The translations under genes were made by a program, and so were the position numbers. Source: Scyliorhinus canicula (taxonomy: Eukaryota). Taken from it: 64,000 nucleotides of DNA. The notes beneath the pieces are model-generated. The model was not told the DNA's origin. It made no database searches and saw only the letters and a program-made list of their open reading frames with translations. Shown one piece after another: positions 62,950-64,000 of the stretch (positions are counted from its first letter, which is position 1; the number at the start of each line of letters is the position of its first letter). The DNA is taken from assembly GCF_902713615.1 (NCBI RefSeq), contig NC_052164.1, positions 77,475,830 through 77,539,829 on the forward strand, written 5' to 3'.

Positions 62950-64000
62950 TTGGACTAAATTTCTCAGCTTATGATGCCGCAAACGTGAACCGTGATCGGA
63001 CGGAGAATTGGACGTCAGCTAAAATCGAGATTTGTGCCCGTGAAAAAACGGACAGTCCCTCGCTGGTGGTGATAATGACGTCACGTTCTGCGAAAGCGGC
63101 ATTTGAAGTAATTTAAATGTGATTGGCAGGTTTGACCCACAATGCTCCAGGACTCCGCGATGCTCCACCCTTCTCGGACGGCAGCCATGCGGATGCCGTT
63201 CACTACAGGAATTTACAAGTGGGAACTAAACAGCATGGCTGCTGCAGGGGTGAGAGAAGGTAAGCAAACATGTGGAGGGTCGAGCTAAAGTGCAACTCAG
63301 GGTCACCATGTTGTCTTTTGGATCCGAATGGGTAAGGGAATACTCAGCTGGCTAACATGGCTTCTCTTCCCCCCCCCACTCCTTGCAGAGAATGAATTTA
63401 GGAGCACCGCCAGGAATGCTCCATATCTACCTGATCACAGTAGCCATTGCGGACGCATGGAGGCTGGAGGTACAGGCTGCTCAGGACGGACCCTGCACAA
63501 GAGAAGCCTTTCCCAGAAGAGCAAGGGCAGGCCAGTGAGAGTCCAGTGTCAGGTCGAACAGGCTGAGAAGGAAGTGCACCTCCCCGTGTCTGCGTGGGTT
63601 TCACCCCCACAACCCAAAAGATGTGCAGGATAGGTAGATTGACCACTCTAAATTGCCCCTTAATTGGAAAAAATAATTGGGTATTCTAAATTTTTTTAAA
63701 AGAAAAAAAAAGAGAAGGAAGTGCAAAAGAGGCGCCACATCAGGCCACGTGTATACCATCAGCGCCTGTCCTTTGAGGAGATGCAGAATCGTCTGTGACA
63801 ACAAAGGCTACAGCTAACCAGGAAGACTGTAAGCCACCTGTGCCAGATGATGGTGGATATGGCACCACGGGGGTAGTGAGGCAGGTGATGGCCTTCCTAA
63901 GCCTTCATGTCTCTGGGTCTTTTCGGGGGCCGAGCAGAGACCTGTTTGGGATCTCACAGACATCTATACAGAGGTACATCCGTGCTGTGACAGATATCTT
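62950..64000 (+). mobile_element. Harbinger left arm and transposase N-terminus (SINE at about 63580-63715); runs off the window
   Basis: RPRVYHQRLSFEEM...RLQLTRKTVSHLCQ...SGSFRGPSRDLFGISQTSIQRYIRAVTD is a HARBI1-like HTH region. Confidence 0.75.

Overview
This is eukaryotic genomic DNA, almost certainly from a cartilaginous fish (shark-like). The evidence is the repeat content: HE1/V-SINE-type SINEs, CR1, L1, Rex1/Babar, RTE and Penelope-type repeats, Gypsy LTR elements and Harbinger MITEs. Most of the window is nested, decayed transposon sequence, and most ORF-track entries are TE fragments or noise. One intact host gene can be assembled from the sequence on the + strand. It is a five-coding-exon immunoglobulin-superfamily receptor: leader 37564-37612, germline-joined VJ-type V domain 39393-39737, C1-type domain 49348-49650, C2/I-type domain 51945-52259 and TM exon 54169-54266. 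All four introns are GT-AG and phase 1, giving an open 369-aa frame. It has an NKp30-like Arg in the transmembrane helix, essentially no cytoplasmic tail, and a CD28/CTLA-4-like 'LIYPP' FG loop, so it looks like a non-rearranging, antigen-receptor-like activating receptor. Secondary highlights are a minimal hammerhead ribozyme inside a Penelope-type hairpin in its intron 2, LTR-like repeats without TSDs, a Gypsy element with no integrase after RNase H (Gmr1-like order), and a hairpin/TTAGGG tandem array. Coordinates of decayed repeats are approximate. No database searches were run, so family names come from motif recognition only.
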